Of a DNA stretch of 64,000 nt, positions 39,863 through 49,372 are shown piece by piece. Location of the stretch: assembly GCA_022844565.1 (NCBI GenBank), contig JALHLK010000007.1:12050-76049 (forward strand). The letters are read 5' to 3'. The notes beneath the pieces are model-generated. The model worked only from the letters and a program-made list of their open reading frames with translations, did no database searches and was not told where the DNA came from. Position 1 is the first letter of the stretch. The number at the start of each line of letters is the position of its first letter. A program made the position numbers and the translations under genes. Source of the stretch: Saprospiraceae bacterium (lineage in GTDB: Bacteria; Bacteroidota; Bacteroidia; Chitinophagales; Saprospiraceae).

Positions 39863-41074
39863 ATGAAAGTAATGATGAGCTTTTTACTTGTTATCATAAT
39901 GTTGACGAACTGTGTCATGACGGATCACAAAAAAGAAATCATTAAGTCAACTGCAAAGTCTTCAAAATTAGAAGAGGGCAAAGTGACTTCTAATGATTTT
40001 GGGAAAACATGGGCAACAGTGAATTCAATCCCAACCTCAAGCAATGAATACACAATAACAAAAGCTGAACAAAATCCAAATATTGTTCGGACTATGGGCA
40101 CACAATCAGAGAATGTAATTTGTCAGCTTCTTGATAGAGACGGCAACATATGGTTTAGTATCCATGGGGAAGGTGCCTATTGTTACGACGGAAAATCATT
40201 TACCAACTTCACCACTAAAAATGGTTTGTGTAATAATAATGTAGGGTCAATTATTCAGGATAAAGAAGGTAATATTCTCTTTGGTACAAAAAATGGCATA
40301 TGCAAGTATGATGGTCAAAAATTTACTAAATACCCTGCGACAGACACATTGAATATTAAATGTATGTTAGAAGACAGAGATGGAAACTTATGGTTTGGTG
40401 CGATGAATAAAGGAGTATATCGGTATGACGGAAAGAATCTAACTAATATTCTTTATCAATACAAGCATCCCAAATTTGGTGTTAAGTATGAGAAAATGAT
40501 CAATGATATTATGCAAGACAAAAAGGGGAACATCTGGTTCTGCTCATGGAATCGTGGAGGTGCATGGAGATACGATGGAACAATCCTTACTCACTTTCTT
40601 CCTTCTGATGATTATTATTCATACTTTGAAGATGAACGAAGTAATGCTTATTCTTCTAACGTAACAAAATACGTTCATTCTCCAGACTATATTACAGATG
40701 ATATGATTTTTTCTATCTCGGAAGACAGAGCAGGCAATATTTGGTTTGCCACCCGAAGACACGGGGCTTGCATTTTTAATGGGAAATCCTTTACCAGTTT
40801 CAGCGAAAATAAACGTTTTGGCCAAGATCAAGGATTTTATACCATTCTTGAAGATAGAAAAGGAAATATTTGGTTTTCCACGGACAAGAATGGAGTATAC
40901 TGTTATGATGGCAAAACATTAAAAAAATATACAGAAAATGATGGACTTGTAAATAATGCAGTAGTAAGTATTATGGAAGACAAAAGCGGCAATTTGTGGT
41001 TTGGAACAAAATGGGTTGGCTTGAGTCGCTTTGATGGTAAAAGTTTTACTACTTTCTCACAATCTGACAATTAA
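39863..41074 (+). CDS. lipoprotein made of two-component-regulator-propeller (Reg_prop-like) repeats
   Basis: Lipobox LTNC. Repeated D(R/K)(D/E/K)GN(I/L)WF(G/S)T...G(V/A)Y(R/C)YDGK(S/N)FT units. Confidence 0.75.
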   Translation: MKVMMSFLLVIIMLTNCVMTDHKKEIIKSTAKSSKLEEGKVTSNDFGKTWATVNSIPTSSNEYTITKAEQNPNIVRTMGTQSENVICQLLDRDGNIWFSIHGEGAYCYDGKSFTNFTTKNGLCNNNVGSIIQDKEGNILFGTKNGICKYDGQKFTKYPATDTLNIKCMLEDRDGNLWFGAMNKGVYRYDGKNLTNILYQYKHPKFGVKYEKMINDIMQDKKGNIWFCSWNRGGAWRYDGTILTHFLPSDDYYSYFEDERSNAYSSNVTKYVHSPDYITDDMIFSISEDRAGNIWFATRRHGACIFNGKSFTSFSENKRFGQDQGFYTILEDRKGNIWFSTDKNGVYCYDGKTLKKYTENDGLVNNAVVSIMEDKSGNLWFGTKWVGLSRFDGKSFTTFSQSDN

Positions 41075-41284
41075 ACCGATAGACTAATATGACAAAAAAA
41101 AATAAAAATATTAGCTAATAATTATGGCTTTGAACGGCAAGAAAGGGCTATTGAACAAATGCATAATAATCTACCCTTAAAAATCAAGTCGATTCCTAAA
41201 AGTCTAAAAGTAAAAAATTCACAAATTATATTAATCCAAAACAAGTCTTTTTAGCGCCCTCAAAAACAATCATTTTAACCTTAA

Positions 41285-41352
41285 TTTACCAAAATTTACC
41301 CATTTTTTACCTGCAAAACCTATATTATCAACCCTTAGTAGCGTTACATTTG
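41285..41352 (+). promoter_or_regulatory. candidate promoter/operator, paralogue of 39588..39655
   Basis: TTTACC at 41285, 41295 and 41306; TACATTTG at 41345..41352. The spacing from repeat 3 to the -7 box (39 nt) is identical to the first copy. Confidence 0.4.
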
Positions 41353-41394
41353 TATATTCTTAAAATTTTATTCATAATTTATTAATTTTTCAAA

Positions 41395-42483
41395 ATGAAA
41401 GTAATGATAAGCACTTTATTATTTATACTGTTTTTTTCGAATTGTGTTATGACAGATCACAATACAGAAATCGTTAAGACCTCTGCAGAACCTACAAAAT
41501 TTGAAGGGAAAATGGTAATTTCTGATGATTTTGGAAAAACATGGACATCAATTGAGCCCAAAATCACCAATGACTTAGAAATAGCCACTGTCTCTTTCGA
41601 TGAAAAAAATATTTATATTGGTGCTGAGAAAGGTCAAGTAATCAGTATTGATCTTAAAGACAATAAAAATATAAAGCAAGAAAATACAATGACTGCAATA
41701 TTGAACAAAACCCCTGAAATGGGTAATAGAGTATATTCGATATTTTCTTGTCCATCGGGTCAATATGCTTTTACCGCTAATGCTGGTTTGTCTAGGAAGG
41801 CGAATAATGGAACCATTTGGCAACCTATTTCATTACCTGTTGGTGTTTATGATCTCAATGGTGTGGTAGAAGACACTAATGGAAATACATTTATATCTAC
41901 TAGTTTCGGAATATATCGTACCGACCAAATTGCAAAGAACTGGGTGAAAGTGTATAACTATGGGTTGACGAAGCAAATGTTTATTGCAAACGATAAAATT
42001 ATCGTAAATGGTTTAAATGGGATTTACCAATCTGAAAATGGAGGTAAAGACTGGGGTCCAATAGCGAATTTTAATGAAAAGTTTGGTGTAAATTCAAATA
42101 CTACTACCACTACATTATTTAAAAATGGTGAAAATCTTTACGTTTTCGGAAAAAACGAGGACAGTATGAACAATGCAATTCAAAATGGATCTTTGATTCA
42201 ACATTTACAAGGTAATAAATTATTATTTTCTAAAGATTTTGGAGCAACATGGGCAAGTCATCCCGCTGAACATTATTTGAAAGGTCAAAATAATCTACAG
42301 TCTATCGCAATAGATGGGGATAAAATTTACTGTGTTGTAGATAATGAATTGAAAATTTCAAAAGATAATGGCTCAAATTGGGAAACCATTTTAACAATGG
42401 ATAAAAGAGAGCAAAATGAGTCATTCAGACTTTTTGTAGCTGAGGGTAGATTAATTTGTTTTAAGACATTGGCTGGCTGTTAA
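41395..42483 (+). CDS. lipoprotein with BNR/Asp-box repeats (sortilin/Ycf48-like beta-propeller)
   Basis: Lipobox FSNC. Asp-boxes DDFGKTW, ENGGKDW, KDFGATW and KDNGSNW. Confidence 0.7.
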   Translation: MKVMISTLLFILFFSNCVMTDHNTEIVKTSAEPTKFEGKMVISDDFGKTWTSIEPKITNDLEIATVSFDEKNIYIGAEKGQVISIDLKDNKNIKQENTMTAILNKTPEMGNRVYSIFSCPSGQYAFTANAGLSRKANNGTIWQPISLPVGVYDLNGVVEDTNGNTFISTSFGIYRTDQIAKNWVKVYNYGLTKQMFIANDKIIVNGLNGIYQSENGGKDWGPIANFNEKFGVNSNTTTTTLFKNGENLYVFGKNEDSMNNAIQNGSLIQHLQGNKLLFSKDFGATWASHPAEHYLKGQNNLQSIAIDGDKIYCVVDNELKISKDNGSNWETILTMDKREQNESFRLFVAEGRLICFKTLAGC

Positions 42484-42595
42484 TATACTTTCGATCGTAA
42501 AGAAAGTTTGAGGTCATTGCAGAGCGACGCTCAATCCGACAAATATAAAATAAAACCTCAAAGAAAGTATAAACCATAAAAGCAAATTCTGACAA

Positions 42596-43636
42596 ATGCA
42601 AGTTTTTACTTTTCTGACAATACTACTTTTGGGGACTGCCTGCAATGGACGAGTTAAAAAAGATTTGCCAAAAGAAAAGTATGATTCAAAGCTAATAGAA
42701 AGTATAGAAAATGGCATTGTTCAACGTTTCCTACAGGACAAATCTGGTAACCTTTGGTTCGGAACCACAGATAATGGACTTTATAAGTATGACGGAAAAT
42801 CTTTTAACCAATTTACAACAAAAGATGGGCTAGATTGTAATAAAATTTATTGCATTTTGGAAGATAAAGATGGTAAAATTTGGGTGGGTACTGAAGTAGG
42901 GCTTTGTCTTTACGATGGAAAGGCATTTTCCAAAATTCAGATTCCTTTACCAAAAAATCTGCCTCCTAATATGAACCCTTACTATCAAACCCACTGGGTA
43001 TACAATATGTTACAAGCAAAAAACGGGAAACTATGGTTTGTAACTATTGATGGTGTCTATATTTACGATGGCAAATCTTTTACACATTTCCCAATTAATG
43101 AAGCTCCAAATGGCTTTTTGACCAGTAATGATAAGGTGGAACGCATTTTAGAAGATAATGCAGGTAACATTTGGCTAGGTGGACGAACGAATGAAGGTGT
43201 TTTTCATTACGATGGAAAATCTGTAACCAACCTCAAACCAATGGATTTATTTCAAGATGGACCAAAGCCAAAAGCTCATAATTGGGGGTGGCCTCAATTG
43301 CAAGACAAAAACGGAAATCTTTGGTTTAGCAATTGGGGTGGTGCCTACCGTTATGATGGAAAAACATTTACAAGTTTTACAACAAAAGATGGGTTGCCAA
43401 GCGAAGTTACCCGAATTATTGAAGACAAAAAGGGAAATCTATGGTTTGGTGCTAGTGATGGACTTAGACGGTACGATGGTAAAACTTTTACCTACTTTAA
43501 AGATGGGCTAATCAATCCCTGGATTTGGGAAATCTTGGAAGATAAAAATGGAAATCTTTGGGTGGGGACTAGAGAATCAGGTCTCTACTTTTTCGATGGA
43601 AAAGTATTTATTAGTTATTCAGAATATAAACAATAG
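42596..43636 (+). CDS. lipoprotein made of Reg_prop-like repeats
   Basis: Lipobox GTAC. Repeated DK(S/D/N)GN(L/I)W(F/V)GT...GL(Y/C)(K/L)YDGK(S/A)F units. Confidence 0.75.
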   Translation: MQVFTFLTILLLGTACNGRVKKDLPKEKYDSKLIESIENGIVQRFLQDKSGNLWFGTTDNGLYKYDGKSFNQFTTKDGLDCNKIYCILEDKDGKIWVGTEVGLCLYDGKAFSKIQIPLPKNLPPNMNPYYQTHWVYNMLQAKNGKLWFVTIDGVYIYDGKSFTHFPINEAPNGFLTSNDKVERILEDNAGNIWLGGRTNEGVFHYDGKSVTNLKPMDLFQDGPKPKAHNWGWPQLQDKNGNLWFSNWGGAYRYDGKTFTSFTTKDGLPSEVTRIIEDKKGNLWFGASDGLRRYDGKTFTYFKDGLINPWIWEILEDKNGNLWVGTRESGLYFFDGKVFISYSEYKQ

Positions 43637-43929
43637 CCTTCAATGAACTAACAAACAAAATTTGCAACAACAAAAAAAGTGAATAAAAGTAACGAACAGC
43701 TAAGATGAAAATTGCTGCAAGCGTAGCTGAATGCGATTATCTTTGGTTGTACTTCTAAAGCAGTAGCAGTTACGGAGGACGGAATTCAGTAGAACTTTTT
43801 GTTCTTATCTTGTGCTTTAAAATCTTTATTGAACAACAATTTCAGGCCAGACATAATTTATTCCACAACTGTTTAACAATAATTGGACGTTAATTTTTTA
43901 AAATACAAAGACAAAAAAACTAATTTAAT

Positions 43930-44892
43930 TTGAAATTAATAATAAACATAAAAGTAGGTTTGATAAGCTTATTTATCATAGGAATGGGTTATCCAACTTT
44001 TGCCCAACAAAATAGTAAAAAAGAAATTCTTTGGACTGCAGATTGGAGTCCTGATAATAGGTACATCGCTGTAGGAGGAGATATCGGTGTATTAAACATT
44101 TACAAAGCAAAGGATCTCCAATTATTCAAAATTGTGCCTATTCACAATACTTTAACTCGTATCAAATGGCATCCAACTAAGAATATCCTAGCTATTGCGA
44201 CACAAAATTCACTAGATAAATGTCACCTACTCAATTTGGATACGAATGAAAAAATAGAATTGAGTGATATTGCACCTGAAGGAGCAAGAAGTATAGATTG
44301 GAACCACACTGGCGAATATGTAGCAGTAGGGGATAATGATGGTCAAATCAAAGTTTTTGATGTGTCTGGTAAACTGATAACTTCCATTCCAAAAGTTAGC
44401 AAGAGTATCACTGCACTTGCCTGGCATCCAAAGAAAAATTTGTTTGTTATCGTGTCTAATGAAATCCAAATTTTTGATATTAAGGGAAAACATATCAAAA
44501 CCATAATACATAGGCCAGAAGATGTATTAATCTTAAGCGTTGTTTGGCATAAAACTGGTAATTTTTTTGTGACAGGCGATTATGGATATGAAAATATAAA
44601 GTCTAAATTGCAATATTGGTCAGAAGATGGAAAACTTCTACATACTTCTGATATCAGTAAAGGTGAATACCGTAATTTAAGTTGGAATCGTGAAGGAACA
44701 AAACTAGCCTCAGCAAGCGATGCACTAAGAATTTGGGATAAGAAAGGAAATCTACTCAATGAAAATGGTATAAATGAATATTTGTGGGGCGTTGCATGGA
44801 ATAAAAAAGGAAATCGAATTATCACATCTAGCATAGCTCAGCGTATAACTTTATGGAATGAGAGGGCTAAAATTTTACAAAATATTAAGTGA
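43930..44892 (+). CDS. exported WD40-like beta-propeller protein
   Basis: TTG start with signal peptide ...YPTFAQQ. Recurrent W(S/H/N)P...(I/V)A(V/I)G...(I/L)(K/R)(V/I)(F/W)D blades. Confidence 0.65.
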   Translation: MKLIINIKVGLISLFIIGMGYPTFAQQNSKKEILWTADWSPDNRYIAVGGDIGVLNIYKAKDLQLFKIVPIHNTLTRIKWHPTKNILAIATQNSLDKCHLLNLDTNEKIELSDIAPEGARSIDWNHTGEYVAVGDNDGQIKVFDVSGKLITSIPKVSKSITALAWHPKKNLFVIVSNEIQIFDIKGKHIKTIIHRPEDVLILSVVWHKTGNFFVTGDYGYENIKSKLQYWSEDGKLLHTSDISKGEYRNLSWNREGTKLASASDALRIWDKKGNLLNENGINEYLWGVAWNKKGNRIITSSIAQRITLWNERAKILQNIK

Positions 44893-45001
44893 GATGTTTA
44901 GTGGTCCCTTCTTTTAAAAATGTAACAGTTGTTCTGAAGGAAAAATGATTTGTATTTGCTGAAGGATAGGGTTTTAAAAGTACAGAAAAAATAAAGGAAA
45001 A

Positions 45002-45605
45002 ATGATTTCAAAAGTTTTAAAGAGTTTAATGATTTACAAAAGAATACAAATTTTTTTGTGTTTTACACTTTTCTTAGGTTGCACAAATAAAGTTATCTCT
45101 ACAAATTCAGGATTAAAATATACAATTTTGACAAAAGGTACTGGGCTAAAAGCTAAATCTGGTGATGAAGTCTACATATTTGAAACAACATCCTACCGAA
45201 ATGGTACTGAGCTATATTCAAATTTTAACTCTAAAACTCCGGTTAAACCCAAATTGGTCATTAGAACTTTGTCATGAGGGGTTAAAGTGCAATAAAATAA
45301 GACATTTTACCGACTGAAGCATAGCATCGCTATGGTAAAGGAGGAAAATGGAGTGAAACGCCTTATTTTGAAGCAATTTAACTCCGTAATAAATTTTCTA
45401 ATGACCAATTTGGGTTAAAGTACTCATAGGTGGAAATCAGGCCACAACAGCAGTAGATGAAGGTCTAAGGGGTATGCGAATAGGTGAAGTTAGAGAGCTT
45501 TTTGCACCATCATATTTAGTAAAAAGGAAAGGTTATCCTCCAAATGTTTCTCCTGACTCGAGTTTAGTCATTAAAATTAGACTTACAGGTATTGTAAGAA
45601 GTTGA
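45002..45605 (+). pseudogene. FKBP-type peptidyl-prolyl isomerase lipoprotein gene interrupted by a MITE
   Basis: Removing 45248..45419 restores one ORF: ...NSKTPVK|VLIGGNQATTAVDEGLRGMRIGEVRELFAPSYL...SLVIKIRLTGIVRS*. Both halves are in phase (45420 to the stop at 45603..45605 is 61 codons). Confidence 0.8.
45248..45414. mobile_element. 167-bp MITE-like insertion with TTAA(A) target-site duplication
   Basis: 19-nt perfect terminal inverted repeats CCCAAATTGGTCATTAGAA / TTCTAATGACCAATTTGGG, flanked by TTAAA at 45243..45247 and 45415..45419. The interior is largely self-complementary. Confidence 0.8.
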
Positions 45606-45675
45606 CTATATCTTGGCCGTAGAAAGTCCATTTTGATCAATTTAATTTTTTGACACAGGTTTTATGCCAAAATTA

Positions 45676-47205
45676 TCAAAAATCAGTACTTAAAATCCCC
45701 ATTAACATTTTAACTCCATTCACATAATTGCCTAATCTCAGGTTTTCATCAAATGAATGTTGGTTGTTATCAGAATTGACAGTTGGGAGTGTAATGGCTT
45801 CAACCTTTAATAAAGAAACAAACGGAGAAATAGGAAGTGAGCCGCCCATTAAAGGCAGTTTAAGAACTTTTTCGGTTGAAGTCTTGGAAATTGCTTTTTC
45901 TAGCCATTTTGCCATTGGTCCATTAACATCTGAGCTGAATGCACCATACGGAGGTCTAACATTTAAACTAATGATTTTATCATATTTTGCTCGTTGCTCA
46001 GGGGTTGGGTCTCCATCTATAATGTGATATCCTTGATTTGTAATATGGGATTTCAACTTCCGAAGGAGAGAATCGGGGTGTGATTGGGTGACCGTACGTA
46101 TATCAATTTCAGTTATTGCACGTTCAGGTACGATCGTTCCGGCTTTATCAGCTACTCCACCTGATTTAAGTCCTCTTATGTTGAGGCTAGGATACATCAG
46201 TGCTTCTCGGTAGGAGTCTCCGACTTTATCAGTAGCTTTAATGCCTAATCTTTTATGAAGCTCAGGAATATTGTCAGGTATTGATTTTAAATATGCTTTA
46301 GTTGATTTATCGATGTTGATACCATCATAAAAACCTTTAAGAAGTACTTTGCCATCTTCTGATTTCATGGTAGATAACAGTTTGACCATATTCCAAGCAG
46401 GATTTGGCACATAATTGCCATAATGCCCACTATGCAAATCACTGTATGCACCAAAAGTAGTAAGTGTGACAGTCAGTATACCTCTAGCACCAAAAGATAA
46501 TGTCGGCAAATTGGAGTCATGAGCTGGACCATCAAGTATTAAAAGTAGATCAGACTTAAGGACTTCTTTGTTTTCTTTTATGATAGAAGGCAAATTGACC
46601 GAACCTTTTTCTTCTTCAAAATCTACGAGTATCTTAATATGGTAGTTGGCGTTGATATTTTGACTTTTTAGTGCGTCGATTGCAGTCATTAGCATGATAC
46701 CTGGGCTTTTATCATCTGAAGCTGCTCTTGCGAAAATCCTCCATTCAGGGTTAAAATCATTTTGAAGTGACTCAAATGGTATTTCTTTCCATTCTTTTGT
46801 CTTTGGATCTTGGGCTTTTAGCACAGGAGTGAATGGATCTGCTTGCTTCCATTCAGAAGCATTGACAGGTTGCCCATCGGAGTGAAAATAAAACATGATG
46901 GTCTTTGCTGATGGATTGGAAGAAGTCTTTTGTAATAAAAGTACGGGGATGGTGGAAGTTTCAAGCCTTTTAGTCGAAAAGCCTCTTGTGGCAAATTGAC
47001 GCTCTACCCAATCTACATTTTTTAAAATATCTTCTTTAAAATTGGCATCGCAGGGTAAGGAAAGGTATTCTCTTAATGTCGGGATTGACTTTAATGCAAA
47101 TTCTTTTGAAATTTTATCATAATTAAGCTGTTGAGCTGGTAACCATACGAATCCTAACATAAAAAAAAGAAAGAGATAGAGATGGTTTAATTGTAACCTT
47201 TTCAT
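45676..47205 (-). CDS. exported M20-family metallopeptidase (dipeptidase-like)
   Basis: 509 aa. Signal peptide, then FYFHSDGQP and ARAASDDKSPG motifs typical of M20/M25/M40 enzymes. Confidence 0.8.
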   Translation of the reverse strand: MKRLQLNHLYLFLFFMLGFVWLPAQQLNYDKISKEFALKSIPTLREYLSLPCDANFKEDILKNVDWVERQFATRGFSTKRLETSTIPVLLLQKTSSNPSAKTIMFYFHSDGQPVNASEWKQADPFTPVLKAQDPKTKEWKEIPFESLQNDFNPEWRIFARAASDDKSPGIMLMTAIDALKSQNINANYHIKILVDFEEEKGSVNLPSIIKENKEVLKSDLLLILDGPAHDSNLPTLSFGARGILTVTLTTFGAYSDLHSGHYGNYVPNPAWNMVKLLSTMKSEDGKVLLKGFYDGINIDKSTKAYLKSIPDNIPELHKRLGIKATDKVGDSYREALMYPSLNIRGLKSGGVADKAGTIVPERAITEIDIRTVTQSHPDSLLRKLKSHITNQGYHIIDGDPTPEQRAKYDKIISLNVRPPYGAFSSDVNGPMAKWLEKAISKTSTEKVLKLPLMGGSLPISPFVSLLKVEAITLPTVNSDNNQHSFDENLRLGNYVNGVKMLMGILSTDF

Positions 47206-47238
47206 TAATAAGTTTTAAATAGATTATGAGAAAGGGGC

Positions 47239-47277
47239 AAAAAAAAAACAGGATGCAGAATAAATTCCGCACCCTGC
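47239..47277 (-). terminator. putative rho-independent terminator of ftsH
   Basis: On the minus strand, an imperfect stem GCAGGGTGCGG/CTGCATCCTG is followed by a 10-nt U-run (plus-strand A-run 47239..47248). Confidence 0.6.
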
Positions 47278-47401
47278 ATAACCCCAAAAAACCAATTGAA
47301 AATTGTCTCTTTATGTTTTCGGTACTGCAAATGTACTATATAAATTAGGTTATATCCAAACTTTTTTGTGTGTATTTACAAATTATTAACAAATATATAA
47401 C

Positions 47402-49324
47402 CTAAAGTGTTGAAATCGGAACATGATGGTCTAAAATAGGGAATGGTCTTGGACCAATAAGCTTCTCTACGTCACTTTTTAAGAGCACTTCTTTCTCAAT
47501 CAATGTGTGTGCAAGTTGGCTTAACTCTTCTCTTCTCTCCATCAATAATTCTTGAGCACGTAAATACTGAGACTCTATTAACTTCCTTACTTCTTCATCA
47601 ATTAATGTGGCTGTATTATCAGAAAATGGTTTTTGGAAAGAATCTTGTGACAATCCATGAAAAGATACATTTCCTACTTTTTCATTCATACCAAATATAG
47701 ATATCATACTGTATGCCATTTTTGTCACTTGGTCAAGGTCACTTTGAGCACCTGTGGATATTTTATTGAATATAATTTTTTCTGCAGCTCTACCACCTAA
47801 AGTCATACACATTCGATCAAGGAGCTGTTCAGTCCGTGTGATATACTCTTCTTTAGGTAAATACTGTGCATAGCCCAAAGTCCCTACACCTCTTGGTACG
47901 ATGGTAACTTTAACAAGTGGACTAGCAAATTCCAAAAACCAACCACACACTGCATGGCCTGCTTCATGGTAGGCAATGATTTCTTTTTCTCGTGGTGAGA
48001 TCAGTTTATTCTTCTTCTCTAGACCACCGATTACTCTATCTAAAGCAAAATTGAAGTCATCCATCTCAACCGCAGTTTTGCCTCTTCTCGCTGCAACTAA
48101 AGCTGCCTCATTACATACGTTGGCAATTTCTGCACCCGCAAAACCAGGAGTCATTTCTGCCAATATTCTTGGATCCATATCGGGACCAACGGTAATACCT
48201 TTCAAATGTACTTTAAATATAGCTTCTCTTCCGATGATGTCAGGTCGATCTACCGATATCAATCTATCAAATCTTCCTGGACGCATTAAAGCACTGTCCA
48301 AAACATCAGCACGGTTTGTGGCTGCCATCAAGATTACACCTTTATCTGTGCTAAAACCATCCATTTCAACCAATAATTGGTTAAGTGTATTTTCTCTTTC
48401 ATCATTACCTCCTTGTAAAGCGTTTTTGCCTCTTGCTCGCCCGATTGCATCAATTTCGTCAATAAACACAATACAAGGGGCTTTATCTCTTGCTTGCTTA
48501 AACAAATCTCTCACTCTAGAAGCGCCTACTCCTACAAACATCTCAACAAAGTCCGAACCTGATATGGAGAAAAAAGGTACGCCTGCTTCACCAGCTACCG
48601 CTTTAGCAAGCAATGTCTTACCTGTTCCCGGAGGGCCAACAAGAAGTACTCCTTTTGGGATCTTACCACCAAGAGTTGTATATTTTTTAGGGTTCTTGAG
48701 GAAATCAACTACTTCAACTACCTCTTCTTTTGCTTCGTCAAGGCCTGCAACATCTTTAAAAGTTACATTTACCTTGCTTGTGTCAAATAAGGTAGCCTTT
48801 GATTTTCCAATATTAAATATTTGACCACCAGGTCCACCACCTCCAGGTCCACCCATTCTTCTCATGATCAAAATCCATATACCTACAAGAAAGATGATAG
48901 GTAATAAATTCCAAAATAGGTTTCGGAAAAGGGAATTGCTTTCCTTTACTTCAATTCTAAAATCATTTTTTGATTTTAGATCTCTTAAGCTTTGGTCAAA
49001 ATTTTCTGGAGACAACAGTTTAAATTTATACTGCGGTACTGTCTTAGCGATGGTCTTGTCTTTAAATGTAGTTAGGTAAGGTTCTCTTTTTAATGCTTCA
49101 TCTTTTAAGTAAACTTGCACTAAGTTTTTATCCAATATCTCTATTCTATCAACGGCACTGTCAGCAGCCATTTTTTCAAACTCAGCTTCTGTGATGTCAA
49201 CAGTTGTTCCGCCTGTCATCCAGGTAATTAGCTGAAGTGCTATAATAATTGTGAGAAAAATAGCATAAATCCAGTAAGAATTCTTTTGGAATTTCTTTGG
49301 TTTATTTTCATTATTATTTTCCAT
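47402..49324 (-). CDS. ftsH: ATP-dependent zinc metalloprotease FtsH
   Basis: 640 aa with two TM helices, Walker A GPPGTGKTLLAKA, Walker B IVFIDEID, SRH, and the Zn motif HEAGH. Confidence 0.95.
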   Translation of the reverse strand: MENNNENKPKKFQKNSYWIYAIFLTIIIALQLITWMTGGTTVDITEAEFEKMAADSAVDRIEILDKNLVQVYLKDEALKREPYLTTFKDKTIAKTVPQYKFKLLSPENFDQSLRDLKSKNDFRIEVKESNSLFRNLFWNLLPIIFLVGIWILIMRRMGGPGGGGPGGQIFNIGKSKATLFDTSKVNVTFKDVAGLDEAKEEVVEVVDFLKNPKKYTTLGGKIPKGVLLVGPPGTGKTLLAKAVAGEAGVPFFSISGSDFVEMFVGVGASRVRDLFKQARDKAPCIVFIDEIDAIGRARGKNALQGGNDERENTLNQLLVEMDGFSTDKGVILMAATNRADVLDSALMRPGRFDRLISVDRPDIIGREAIFKVHLKGITVGPDMDPRILAEMTPGFAGAEIANVCNEAALVAARRGKTAVEMDDFNFALDRVIGGLEKKNKLISPREKEIIAYHEAGHAVCGWFLEFASPLVKVTIVPRGVGTLGYAQYLPKEEYITRTEQLLDRMCMTLGGRAAEKIIFNKISTGAQSDLDQVTKMAYSMISIFGMNEKVGNVSFHGLSQDSFQKPFSDNTATLIDEEVRKLIESQYLRAQELLMERREELSQLAHTLIEKEVLLKSDVEKLIGPRPFPILDHHVPISTL

Positions 49325-49372
49325 TATTTTTTTCTAGTTAGTGTATTTTTTTGTAAAATTACAAGGTAAGGT

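Noticed and set aside
43257-43511. 84-aa alternative-frame ORF inside the second Reg_prop gene
   Set aside because: It is embedded in a repeat-supported 346-aa ORF and has no independent support.
47976-48824. 282-aa ORF antisense to ftsH
   Set aside because: It is fully embedded opposite a highly conserved gene, and its S/P/A/L-rich translation is typical of an antisense frame.
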